This document shows, piece after piece, positions 13,335 through 23,584 of a stretch of DNA of 64,000 nucleotides. The stretch comes from Flaccisagitta enflata. Its lineage: Eukaryota. Position 1 is the first letter of the stretch. Every line of letters begins with the position of its first letter. The position numbers and the translations under genes were made by a program. The notes under the pieces are model-generated. The model saw only the letters and a list, made by a program, of their open reading frames with translations, was not told the DNA's origin and ran no database searches. Location of the stretch: contig OZ231126.1 in assembly GCA_965153355.1 (NCBI GenBank), positions 10,044,001 through 10,108,000 of the forward strand, written 5' to 3'.

Positions 13335-14304
13335 TGTAGAGTTGGTGATAACCAAATCAATGAATTGGTGATAGTAAATTGTCTCTAGAGAGAAATAGCG
13401 ACAAGGTATAAAGCAATGATTGAAAAAGAATTATAACCATCCATTCCAAAGTTATATTCGGAGAAAAAAACGATTTAGGAATAATAATAATTAGAAAAAA
13501 AAATACCGTCGATGAAAAAAAAATGCGCGTGGAGAATATTAATATATCATCATTATCAATTTTCAGTTAGTAACGTGTAACGCGTGATTTTTTAGTGTTG
13601 TTCCTGGGACACCTGCGCCAACATGAAAAAAAAGAAAAAAGAAACCAAGACAAAAAGAAAAACGAAGACCAGGTCACCAAGACTAGCAAAGAGGTATAAA
13701 CGGGGAGAAAAAGCACAATAAAGATATCGAAGAAGAAAATGATGATATTTCTCCGTCGGAAATAAAAAACGTTGCAACACAAAATTTTCATCATTTTTTT
13801 TGTTTCTTTTAGTTTAAAACGGAACGTGGTCTTTATTGTAACGAATTCTCTTCAGACTTACGCAATAAACTCCCCACTCTCTGGGTACGTTAAATACACA
13901 TCATATCAATGAATAGACGACTGCTCTAAGAAATACACGGCACTATATTCCATATCTGTGGCTCGGAATTGAAGGCAACAGGTCTCAAGGGGGGATTTGT
14001 AAATTTTTTATCCCAACGACCGAATCCAAAACGGGGGTCATATCGTAAAGGCCGGTAAAGGTGGGAGGGGGGAGGCGGGGGTATGATTAGATTACCAAAA
14101 CAAACGGAGGAGGGCGGTTATTTTCTGGAGGGCGGTTATCTTTTTTTAACGATTTATTTATCAGTCGTAGAGAAAGAACTCCATAATTTCACCACCACGC
14201 TAAAAAAAAGAGAGAGAACGAGGGGAGGGAAAAAGAATGAAACTTCAACAAGTATGTTTTAGATATATATATATTCTTCGCTCGATATATAATATTACAT
14301 ACAG

Positions 14305-17300
14305 TTAAGCATTTTTGAGTTCCGTGCCAATTTTGTATCCTAGAATTTTATTCCAGTCGATTTTGGTTCGGGTGACGGGAAGTTGCCTTCTTAGCGCTTT
14401 GAACGTCGTGTCGGACATCGCGGTGTAGTTCTCAGAAATGGCACTCTGGATGGTAACAGGAAAGGACAAAGGGAATTGGGCGGTGTTGTCTTATAATTGG
14501 AACTTAATGACAAAGAAAGGCTACGGAAATGGCGCTTTACAACTTTATATATAAGAGCCGATTCTGTGCAATGCGCTGAGCTGTGGGATCAACTATAAAG
14601 ACTGTTCTAAAAGTGACATTATTAAGTTTCACATTCGCTGTTCCTTATCATTTGTATTTCATTGCTCATAGTTGAAGATGTCAGGGATGTCCTTTATCAT
14701 GATATTTCCTTTGTCTTTGTATCTTTAGTGTTAGACCTTACATTGTCCCCTGTGGCTTTTATGCCTGGATTTGATATCAAGACTAAGCTAGTTCTCTGGA
14801 ATAGAGGCCCATATGGTTACATCTTTCGTCCCGCGTGCTTTCCTTCCACATTGTATTTCTTTGCTTAGTGCCTAGCAGAGAATCGATCAATGAAGCCTAC
14901 AAGCAATTAACTCTCAATAGATATCCAGCTACGTTAAGACTCAATCAAGCGATCGGGTTCAAGCCTACGTGGAAGAAGGTAAGGACCGCAAGATATAGGC
15001 TCTTACATATATACAGAAAGTAGCAAATCAAGAAGGAAAGTATCGTTAACAAATTGACACTGGTTCGACAAAACCGTAAGCGTTTAACCAATGCGTTTTG
15101 CATGTTGAAGAGCAGATGCAAAATCCAATGTCTGACATGCAGTTCCTTTACATGCAAACCGAACAAACCTGGTAGCTGCTCTCGGCTTCTTCGACGAGCT
15201 TGACTATTTCCTTGGCCGTTTGCTGTTCGTTGGTGACCGTCACCGATTCTTTCACTTCTTTCGAACTCACCAACTGGACGTTACCATCTTCGTAATAGTG
15301 CACCTAAAACACAATCACAACTTTTCAACATTGTATCAGAACGTTCAAAGCATGAAAGGGAAAGGCGTTGGGTGAGGAGGAGAAAAGGACAAAAGTCAAG
15401 GACAAAAGTCAAGGACAGAAAGTCAAGGCTGACAAACGTGCGCGAATGAAAGATACATATGACATGGAGTCAATTTACCGACTATGCGTAAAAAATTCTT
15501 AAAATCATGGAGTTTTTCAAATAACACTAAGGACCTAGAAACATATCACAATACATGTATACTTGTATTTTACCGTCGTATCAGAATGTTTAAAGCAAGA
15601 AAGGGAAAGGCGTCGGCCGTCGGGTGAGGAGGGGAAGAGGGAAAGAGTACAAAGGCAAAAGTCAAAGCCCAGTCCAAGTCAAGGCTGACAAATGTGCGCG
15701 AATGAAAGAGATGACATGAAGTCAAGTTATCAACTAAGCGCAAAAATTTCTTAAAATCATGGATTTACTTGGACTTTGAGGAGGCCGTTCAACTCGGCTG
15801 TTGCTGAGGAAAAAGTGGCGGTCCATTGAGAGCGCCATCTCCCGTTCCAAAAGTTCTTTGGCTGAAATTGATGACTTTCGATGCAGGCAGTCAGCGTCAC
15901 GTTGCCGCTGGAACTCGACCCGTACACGGTGCACACCCCGTACTTGTAGTGCTCCTGTGAAATGAGAGTACAGATCCAATGATAATAAAATACCTTAATT
16001 CCTTTAGGGAATTCCGGATTCCTTTCGCCATCCACCCCAATCGACGTGTGGGAATTCGCTCGTCGAAATCTCTCTCAGCGAAAATCCAAACAAAAGGATA
16101 AAGCTTTTCCGCCGAGCCGCATGGTGGCGGCTGGTCTGGGCCTGTCTGGCCATGAACAATAGCCCGTAGCCGGCGAAAAGCCTCACTCGTCTGAAGAAGG
16201 GGGGCCCTGGGGGGTCACCCCCAGATCTCGGCAGTAGAAACGGAAAAACACTTCCGCCCCTGACCAGTCACCAGCTCGTAAAATAGCCTCTATGTCAACT
16301 CCACCTGCCAAGGCGGCGGAGGTGGACATGGCTCTGGTTGAGCCCGGAGGTGCATTAATTCCAGCTTGACTAAGAATTGACTTGAGCCGACGAGAAAAGG
16401 CTGATGAGGAAAGGCGGGCAAACGGTGGTTTGTCCTCGCAAAACAAGTAATCATGACTTATATTTAGCTTATTTCTTTCAGCAATGAGCGCCTCTAAGGC
16501 CGAAACAGGGCATATGGAAGAGTCATTAGGCAATCTGTAAATGATAATGGGCTTACCCATCCGGCCTGCTTTATCTGTCTTACTTAGTTGAGACGGGATA
16601 AATCTTGCACTAGTTGAATTAATGGACAGAAAATTGGCCGAAATTCGGAGGCTTGCTAGTTCGGAAGGTCGTCTAGTAGAAGCCATCGCTATGAGAAATG
16701 CAGTCTTTCGGATAAGAAGATGGAAAGGAGTCGGAGAAGGGAAATCGCGAAGTAATTTTATGACTTCTCCGGCGTTCCAAGAAGGAAAGAGGCGACGCGA
16801 AGCTGGGCGTCGGTTATAAATACCTTTCATGAGGCGTTTGATAAGAGGATGTTGACCCACATGAAAACCGTCAATTGGAGGAAGAGTCATGGAAATGGCT
16901 GATCTATGTACATTCACCGAAGAGTATTTAAGACCTTTCTTGAACAACATGGAAAGGTAATCGGCGACATTATTTACAGAGACGGAATCGATAGAAATGT
17001 TGCGGGCACTGAGGAAGCGGGAGAAAGAGTCCCAGGCTCGATTGTATCTGTCTCCCGAAGATTTCCTCCATCCATCGGAGATAAGCTCGAAAGCTGCATC
17101 TGTAACTCCTGAGAGGTTGTACGCCCTCCTAAAATCTTCCAAGCGACGAGATGAAGAGACTCTAGAAGAGGAGGTGGAAGATCTGTTGACAGGTCTACTA
17201 AAAGGCGGCTGTTGAAAGGCAGACGTCGAACTTGGAGGACGCGTAGTTGTTGAAGCTTGGGGAACCACGACTGGGCGGTCCAAAATGGAATTATCAGGAT

Positions 17301-20300
17301 GAACACTCCTTGAGACAGAAGAAGCTTTTCTATCACTCTCGGAATCAGAGGAAGGGGAGGAAATACATATGCGAGGTTGAAGTTCCAGGGGAGAGACAGA
17401 GCATCGAATGCTTCTGCTGTTGGCGCTTCCCCCCACGCCATGAATCGAGGTAACTGAGCCGATTTGGGGGAAGCGAACAGGTCTATTTCCGGTACTCCCC
17501 ACAACCGGCATATTTTGCGGAACACTTTGGGACAAAGGTGAAGGTCCGGAAGCTTCTTGAACCTCGACGCAAAATCGGCGTGAAGGTTTTGTTCGGAGGG
17601 AACATAAACGGGAATTATTGCTACCTGTAATTTTGCTGCCAAGAGGAGAATCTCCGTTGCAATTTTGAGGAGTGGCAGTGAATGTGTTCCTCCCTCCTTG
17701 GCGATGTACGACAGGGCTGTCGTCGAGTCTGTCTCCCAAAGGATTGTTTTTACTGGTTTGGTTAAGGAAGGAAAGTAATCCCGGAGGAATATCAACAATG
17801 TCATGGCTTCCTTCGCATTGATATGGTGACGGGCAAGAGCACCCCATTGCCCGTTCACCATCTTCCCCATGTAAAACAGGCCCCAGCCCTCGTCTGAGGA
17901 GTCTGTTGCCACCGTCAAATCCGCATCCTCCAGACTCGGGCGCCAGATTGGAGCCTTGCAATCTTCCATTGTCAGGTTCAAGACCCATTTCATCTCCTGC
18001 TTGGCTTCCTTGGTGAGATGGAGATGTAGAAGAAGATCCGAGGAGGTCTTGTAGAATTTGTTTAGACACACTTGGATCTGACGGCAATGGAGACGGATTA
18101 AGGGTACTGCTGTTATTGCTGCAGTCATTAGCCCCAGAAGCTTCATCACTGAGCGGCATGTCGGAGATGGAAGCGAGAGAAGGAGAGTGGCTTGAGATTG
18201 GAGAGCCGATAACTTCCGCTCCTCCAGAGACACTAACTTGGTCTTGCAATCCCACCAAAGACCTAGAAAGAGGAACCTCTGAGCTGGGATGAGATTCGAC
18301 TTCTTCCAGTTGATCACGAATCCAGCTTCCTGAAAGGTTTTCAACGCTAATGTTACAAACCGTTGGCATTCCTCCAGAGTTGTTCCCAATATCAGAACAT
18401 CGTCCAAATAAAGAATTGCCCTGACCCCCTTTGAGCGGAGAAACGCGGCCAGAGGGCGGGTTATTTTCGTGAACAGGAATGGGGCTGTACAGAGGCCGAA
18501 AGGGAGCACTAGGAATTCGTAGAGTATCCCTTTCCAAACAAAACGAAGAAACTTGCGATGAGTTGGGTGAATTAGAAGGTGAAAGAATGCATCTTTTAAG
18601 TCTATGGTGGCCCCCCAATCGCCGGGGCGAAGGAGAGAGGCCACGTCTCTCACAGTGTCCATCTTGAAATGGGGGGCTGAAATAAATTGGCTGTCCCGGA
18701 GGAGGAAGGGAAGGAGGAGGAGGAGGAGGAGAATGGCGGCCTTGTCATTCTTTGCCGGCCCCCTTGCCGCGAGGGGGGCGGCTCGTAGCATTTCCCCGCG
18801 CAGAAGGCTTGCGGGAAGAAGCTGCCCCAGATTTAAAGTTTTTGCCCCTATTGAAACGAGACTGAGGCTGGCGAGATGCATATGAAAAACTTCCTTTAGC
18901 AGCAGGCAAGAAACGGCGGGAAGACTTGTCATCCAAGGACCGAAGCATGAAAGCACTTGAAATGGCTGAGTTGACTTTCTCTGATTCATTGCCAAAAAAG
19001 TGAGAGGCAGATGGTTTGGCCTCTTTCAATGCAGACTTAAGTTGTCGGGCTTGAGGAGAGGCAATGACAAGCCGACGGACATCTTTAACACAGTTGTTGG
19101 TAACAGCTGCAAGGCACGTAGTTGCATCAGAAATTGGCGAGAGAACACTAGACTTAAATGAGTCCTTCGTAGTTGATCGCCATTCAGCCCACTCCTCTCT
19201 GGAGGGTGGGTTTTTGGGCAGCTCACTCAAGAAGCACTGAATAAAGGCCTTTGCCGATAAAATTGCGTGAGCAGCCGCACCGGTACAATTCATGGTCGAA
19301 TTGAGCAAGTTGAACTGAGCCTTAGACTTTGTTTTGACATGTTCGAAGGCGGCAGAAAGAGAATCATCTGCCTTGGGAGCTGCAAAGGAAGGGGCACCAA
19401 TTGCATGTGCCCATTTACGTTTGAAACGATTTGTTGAAATGCGGTCCCAATCAGAGGACATTTTACCAAAGGCCAGCTCTTTAGAAGGACCTTTGTCCGT
19501 AGAATCAGACTCGGTAGTTGCATCAGAGAGGCAACGGGCTGTAAGCCACTGGGATTTGACCCATTTGCCCTCTGTCACGTACTTCCATGAACGTTTGGAA
19601 GACTGAATCGATTCCTTAGAGGAATTAGACTCGGCATCAGAAGGATGAACATCTTCTATGTCCGAGGCCGCACGGGATTGCTCCGACGAAGATAAAGGCG
19701 ATTTATCCATCTGGCGATAACGTTTGGTTCGACCAGAGGATGTGCGGCAGGGGGACAAAGGACGCTTCTGTCCTCGACCAGAAGCCCCCCCTCCTTCTGC
19801 TTATAGTATGACGTCATCAGTCATAGAGCAGAAGGGAACACAATGGAGGGACCGGAAACATGGTTTCACAATGTGTTTTACCGGAATGAATGGATGAGGG
19901 ACCGGAAAACATGGTTTCGATCATCATTCCGGAGTCAAAAATCACGAGGAACAGATTGGAGAGAGAAAGCGCAGCAGGCGAAAGGAAAGTTGCGTAACAC
20001 ATGAAAGAAAGAAATCACAAAAAAATTTAACCCCAATATACTACGATGACTCCCAGCCTAATCCCCACCAGAGGTGGAGACTAGGGGTGGAAGGTGGGAA
20101 TCGATTGGGGTGGATGGCGAAAGGAATCCGGAATTCCCTAAAGGAATTAAGGTATTCCATTTCGCCATCCACCCCAATCGACGTGTGGGAATATGCAAAG
20201 AACAGGAGGAAGCGTAGGAATGTAGAGCGGTGATTGGGGTGAGCAAGCGCAAGGAAGAAAACCGACCTGGCTGGGACGTTGGAATCTTAGATAGAGCGTC

Positions 20301-22880
20301 AGAGAGCAAAGAGCGCAATTGGCCAAAGTCGGCATCTCGTGATTTTGACTGACCAGGTCCACTTGACTGATCTGCAGGCGTCACGCGGACCGAGCGGTCA
20401 AGACGGGAACGGCTGGCACGGGTCTGGTCACCTACTTCAGCTCTAGCTCCAGCAAGAGACTCCAAAAAAGCGGCTGAGCGTTTTGGAGATTTGTGTGACG
20501 AAGATTCGGGAGGACGAAAGTAGCCAGTAGGAGGAAGGTAACACTCCTCATCATCGGCAACGAAGGCGTCATATTGCGATCGATATTCGTCTTCGTATTC
20601 ATTCTGATCGGAAAAACTATCGTCCGGAGTGCGGTCCCACCGCGGCGAGAAGGCGCGTTCCTTACGACTTCGATCACGATTCTCGTCACATTCACGGAGA
20701 AGCCTACGCGCTTCGTCATAATCTTGATGAGCGCGAGACTCGGGAGACAAACTTTGCTCCCAGTTTTCATCATCAGAAATCTCATCCATGATGGAAGAGT
20801 TTTCACTTGATTTAGATACGATTTCAAGTTCGATCGTTTAGAAGAAAAATGCGACTAAACGAGATAAATGGAAGTGCAATCAAGACATAAAATGCAATGC
20901 ACGACGAAAAAGCAGATCAATGTTAATAAACATTTAAATAAAATAATCGAAAAATACGTGTTTACACGAAGCGTGAGCGAATAGAAGTGAGGCTTTTCGC
21001 CGGCTACGGGCTATTGTTCATGGCCAGACAGGCCCAGACCAGCCGCCACCATGCGGCTCGGCGGAAAAGCTTTATCCTTTTGTTTGGATTTTCGCTGAGA
21101 GAGATTTCGACGAGCGAATTCCCACACGTCGATTGGGGTGGATGGCGAAATGGAATGAGAGGGGAAGCAAAATCGCTAGCACCCCTACCCACAGCTCAGA
21201 TAAACAATGTTACATGGACAACCAAGATAACAATCCAAAGCTAATCCCAATTCAATTCCCGTCATGAGAGCGTTTTTTGAATTTCCACTTGGTTCCTGAA
21301 ATATTGGTCATAAAAGGGCTAAATCCAACACTTCCAAAAATGGCGGATTTTCACCCTTAAAAGGCCTATATCTTGAAAACTAGGTTGAATTTAAGAAATC
21401 GCCTCGATGGCGGAAAATGTATTGGGATAAGCTACTAGCCACCACCTTGCATATCTGTGTGGTATCGAACATCTAAGCTGCAGGTAGGGGTGCTAGCGAT
21501 TTTGTCTACCCCTCTCACTTTAATATCATTGCTTCTGTAGATGTAAACCTTTCCCATTTGGGTACAAAATGTGGTCGTGTGCACTACTGTATGTGCTAAC
21601 CCGTACATTGAACATTCTTAACAGAAGACGGGGTCTTGACTTCCGTGGAGCATGTTCTTACGGCGTTTTCAAATCGGACAAGGCGCGTGCTCTTACCTTG
21701 ACATTCCCAGAGCGAGCATCATGAACAGCGTGACGCCAAGGTTCAGCAGTATGTAATCTCAAGATCAGCAATTTGAATATTTTTACCTTGACCTTGACGT
21801 ATTAACTATCAAGAGGACATCTTGAAGGGTGTGACGCCAAGGTTCCGCTGCATTGTTAACTTCAGTTGGTCGCCTAACCGTACCTTGACATACGAAGAGA
21901 GAGCATCTTGGAGGGCGTGACGCCAAAGTTCTGCTGCATTGTTAACTTCAGTTGGTCATCTAACCTTACCTTGACATACGAAGAGAGAGCATCTTGGAGG
22001 GCGTGACACCAAGGTTCCGCTGCATTGTTAACTTCAGTTGGTCGCCTAACCTTACCTTGACATACGAAGAGAGAGCATCTTGGAGGGCGTGACGCCAAAG
22101 TTCTGCTGCATTAACTTCAGTTGGTCATCTAACCTTACCTTGACATACAAAGAGAGAGCATCTTGGAGGGCGTGACACCAAGGTTCCGCTGCATTGTTAA
22201 CTTCAGTTGGTCGCCTAACCTTACCTTGACATACGAAGAGAGAGCATCTTGGAGGGCGTGACACCAAGGTTCCGCTGCATTGTTAACTTCAGTTGGTCGC
22301 CTAACCTTACCTTGACATACGAAGAGAGAGCATCTTGGAGGGCGTGTCGCCAAGGTTCTGCGGCGTTGTCGAGTTCAGTGGGTTGCACGTCGGAAGCCTC
22401 TTTGCGCAGGTGATCGAATTTGAATGACTGTTTTGAACGCGGATCCACAAAACGGCCGTTGCCTGCAGATATCAAAGCGAGTTGTTGTTTCAGAGATAAT
22501 GGCTTACCGCTTATCACGTTGTTCAACGGGAAAATATCGGAATATGCCTATCGGCTAACTCCTAAAATTGTAATTACAAGAATAAATCGAGACATTTCAA
22601 ATGACCACAATTGCACACAAATAGGTCAAAGTGTACCTAAGTCGGCAAACTCGGTAACGAGCGCTTTGTCCTCTGCGTTGTCGGTGAGGGCGACGGGCGT
22701 GAACTGATCTTTGTTGTACTTGGAAAAGGCGGGCGTGGCGCCGTCCTTGAGCAGATTGTCGTCGTTGACGAGGATGCGGACGTCGTTGAAGACTTCGTTG
22801 AACTCGCCAGGCGGCGCGTGAAGGATAAAGTCTGACACGATGCGGATCTTCTCGTTCTCGGAAATGGGATCCTCATCCAT
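14305..22880 (-). CDS. CAPZA: F-actin capping protein subunit alpha, 5 exons
   Basis: Exons 22880-22637 ([18 protein letters not shown]), 22462-22311, 15954-15769 ([15 protein letters not shown]), 15303-15169 ([13 protein letters not shown]) and 14445-14305 ([20 protein letters not shown]). Confidence 0.96.
16183..18618 (-). CDS. DIRS tyrosine recombinase ORF (overlaps pol)
   Basis: [28 protein letters not shown] and AGDWS...FFRFY with the catalytic Tyr. Confidence 0.88.
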   Translation of the reverse strand: MGGHHRLKRCILSPSNSPNSSQVSSFCLERDTLRIPSAPFRPLYSPIPVHENNPPSGRVSPLKGGQGNSLFGRCSDIGNNSGGMPTVCNISVENLSGSWIRDQLEEVESHPSSEVPLSRSLVGLQDQVSVSGGAEVIGSPISSHSPSLASISDMPLSDEASGANDCSNNSSTLNPSPLPSDPSVSKQILQDLLGSSSTSPSHQGSQAGDEMGLEPDNGRLQGSNLAPESGGCGFDGGNRLLRRGLGPVLHGEDGERAMGCSCPSPYQCEGSHDIVDIPPGLLSFLNQTSKNNPLGDRLDDSPVVHRQGGRNTFTATPQNCNGDSPLGSKITGSNNSRLCSLRTKPSRRFCVEVQEASGPSPLSQSVPQNMPVVGSTGNRPVRFPQIGSVTSIHGVGGSANSRSIRCSVSPLELQPRICISSPSSDSESDRKASSVSRSVHPDNSILDRPVVVPQASTTTRPPSSTSAFQQPPFSRPVNRSSTSSSRVSSSRRLEDFRRAYNLSGVTDAAFELISDGWRKSSGDRYNRAWDSFSRFLSARNISIDSVSVNNVADYLSMLFKKGLKYSSVNVHRSAISMTLPPIDGFHVGQHPLIKRLMKGIYNRRPASRRLFPSWNAGEVIKLLRDFPSPTPFHLLIRKTAFLIAMASTRRPSELASLRISANFLSINSTSARFIPSQLSKTDKAGRMGKPIIIYRLPNDSSICPVSALEALIAERNKLNISHDYLFCEDKPPFARLSSSAFSRRLKSILSQAGINAPPGSTRAMSTSAALAGGVDIEAILRAGDWSGAEVFFRFYCRDLGVTPQGPPSSDE
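16974..18995 (-). CDS. DIRS pol: RT, RNase H and adenine-methyltransferase-like domain (RT N-terminus appears to be missing)
   Basis: [51 protein letters not shown] and YVFPP. Confidence 0.9.
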   Translation of the reverse strand: MAMNQRKSTQPFQVLSCFGPWMTSLPAVSCLLLKEVFHMHLASLSLVSIGAKTLNLGQLLPASLLRGEMLRAAPLAARGPAKNDKAAILLLLLLLPFLLRDSQFISAPHFKMDTVRDVASLLRPGDWGATIDLKDAFFHLLIHPTHRKFLRFVWKGILYEFLVLPFGLCTAPFLFTKITRPLAAFLRSKGVRAILYLDDVLILGTTLEECQRFVTLALKTFQEAGFVINWKKSNLIPAQRFLFLGLWWDCKTKLVSLEERKLSALQSQATLLLSLPSPTCRSVMKLLGLMTAAITAVPLIRLHCRQIQVCLNKFYKTSSDLLLHLHLTKEAKQEMKWVLNLTMEDCKAPIWRPSLEDADLTVATDSSDEGWGLFYMGKMVNGQWGALARHHINAKEAMTLLIFLRDYFPSLTKPVKTILWETDSTTALSYIAKEGGTHSLPLLKIATEILLLAAKLQVAIIPVYVPSEQNLHADFASRFKKLPDLHLCPKVFRKICRLWGVPEIDLFASPKSAQLPRFMAWGEAPTAEAFDALSLPWNFNLAYVFPPLPLIPRVIEKLLLSQGVFILIIPFWTAQSWFPKLQQLRVLQVRRLPFNSRLLVDLSTDLPPPLLESLHLVAWKILGGRTTSQELQMQLSSLSPMDGGNLRETDTIEPGTLSPASSVPATFLSIPSL
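18745..20789 (-). CDS. DIRS gag-like ORF1, possibly two exons (20789-20267 joined to 19796-18745)
   Basis: Occupies the ORF1 position ahead of pol and has a basic C-terminus; two open frames can be joined by a phase-1 GT-AG intron. Confidence 0.55.
20101..20192. other. DIRS internal complementary region (ICR)
   Basis: 20101-20156 is the reverse complement of 15989-16044, and 20154-20192 is the reverse complement of 21118-21156; the two halves overlap at ATT. Confidence 0.93.
21690..22360 (-). repeat. ~86-bp tandem repeat derived from the CAPZA exon 2 3' end plus its splice donor
   Basis: About 6 good and 2 degenerate copies of the [11 protein letters not shown]|gtaagg junction. Confidence 0.9.
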
Positions 22881-23520
22881 TTCGATTGTTGTTGTTTTTT
22901 TTCTAATATGATTACTCCAAGTGTAAGTTTTTGTTTATTCAGTTTTTGTTTAGTCTTTGGTTTTTTTGCTTTCAATACAGTTCGTTCTCAACTACCGCTA
23001 ACACAGTATCTATGGGAGTAGACGACGCACCCGAGGCTTCTATGCACGATGCGGATTCTGATTCTGATCTGATGCTGAAGTTGAAATTATTAAAATTGAA
23101 TCACAGATGAAAGAGGAAACATCAATTGAACCGTAGGGGGTGCTAGGGAAGGGGATGAAAGCTTTATTTAGGATAATGAATTAGAATATACGATCACAGA
23201 CGTGAGCGACGGCGGAGTCAGGACAACAAAGCTTGAAGAAGTTAACATAATATAGTTACAGTCGATTATCGATGACCAGCATCTTTAAATAATGCGTCGC
23301 AAATAAGTCCACCAAGAGGTTCCGTATACTTGTTTTTTCTTTTATTACTGTTTTTTGAGTAATCGATATCGTCATCGACAATCGTCATCAGTCGATCATC
23401 GTCATCGATCGTTATCACCAGCAAAACAATTCCCGATCCGATGACGGTTTCCATAAATGGCCGATAAATGATTATCCCCGATTTCACAACCACCACCGCA
23501 TCATCATCCATCATCCATCA

Positions 23521-23558
<38 letters not shown>

Positions 23559-23584
23559 ATTCATCGACAATCATCATCAATCAT

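Larger units (their letters stand above)
15989..21156 (-). mobile_element. DIRS-type tyrosine-recombinase retrotransposon in CAPZA intron 2
   Basis: 165-bp inverted terminal repeats (16023-16187 / 20986-21150), ICR at 20101-20192, AAT at both ends, and gag-like, RT-RNaseH-methyltransferase and YR ORFs. Confidence 0.95.
15971..21537. mobile_element. TA-flanked Tc1/mariner-type MITE (15971-15988 plus 21157-21537) split by the DIRS insertion
   Basis: The rejoined left end CAGATCCAATGATAATAAAATGAGAGGGG...AAAATCGCTAGCACCCCTACC matches the reverse complement of 21471-21537; TA on both sides. Confidence 0.8.

Noticed and set aside
20987-21244. Small duplicated gene (MRLFAGYG...) also at 16004-16186
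   Set aside because: Translation of the DIRS inverted terminal repeats.
21690-22360. CRISPR-like array
   Set aside because: Whole units repeat with no unique spacers, they derive from CAPZA exon 2, and the context is eukaryotic with no cas genes.
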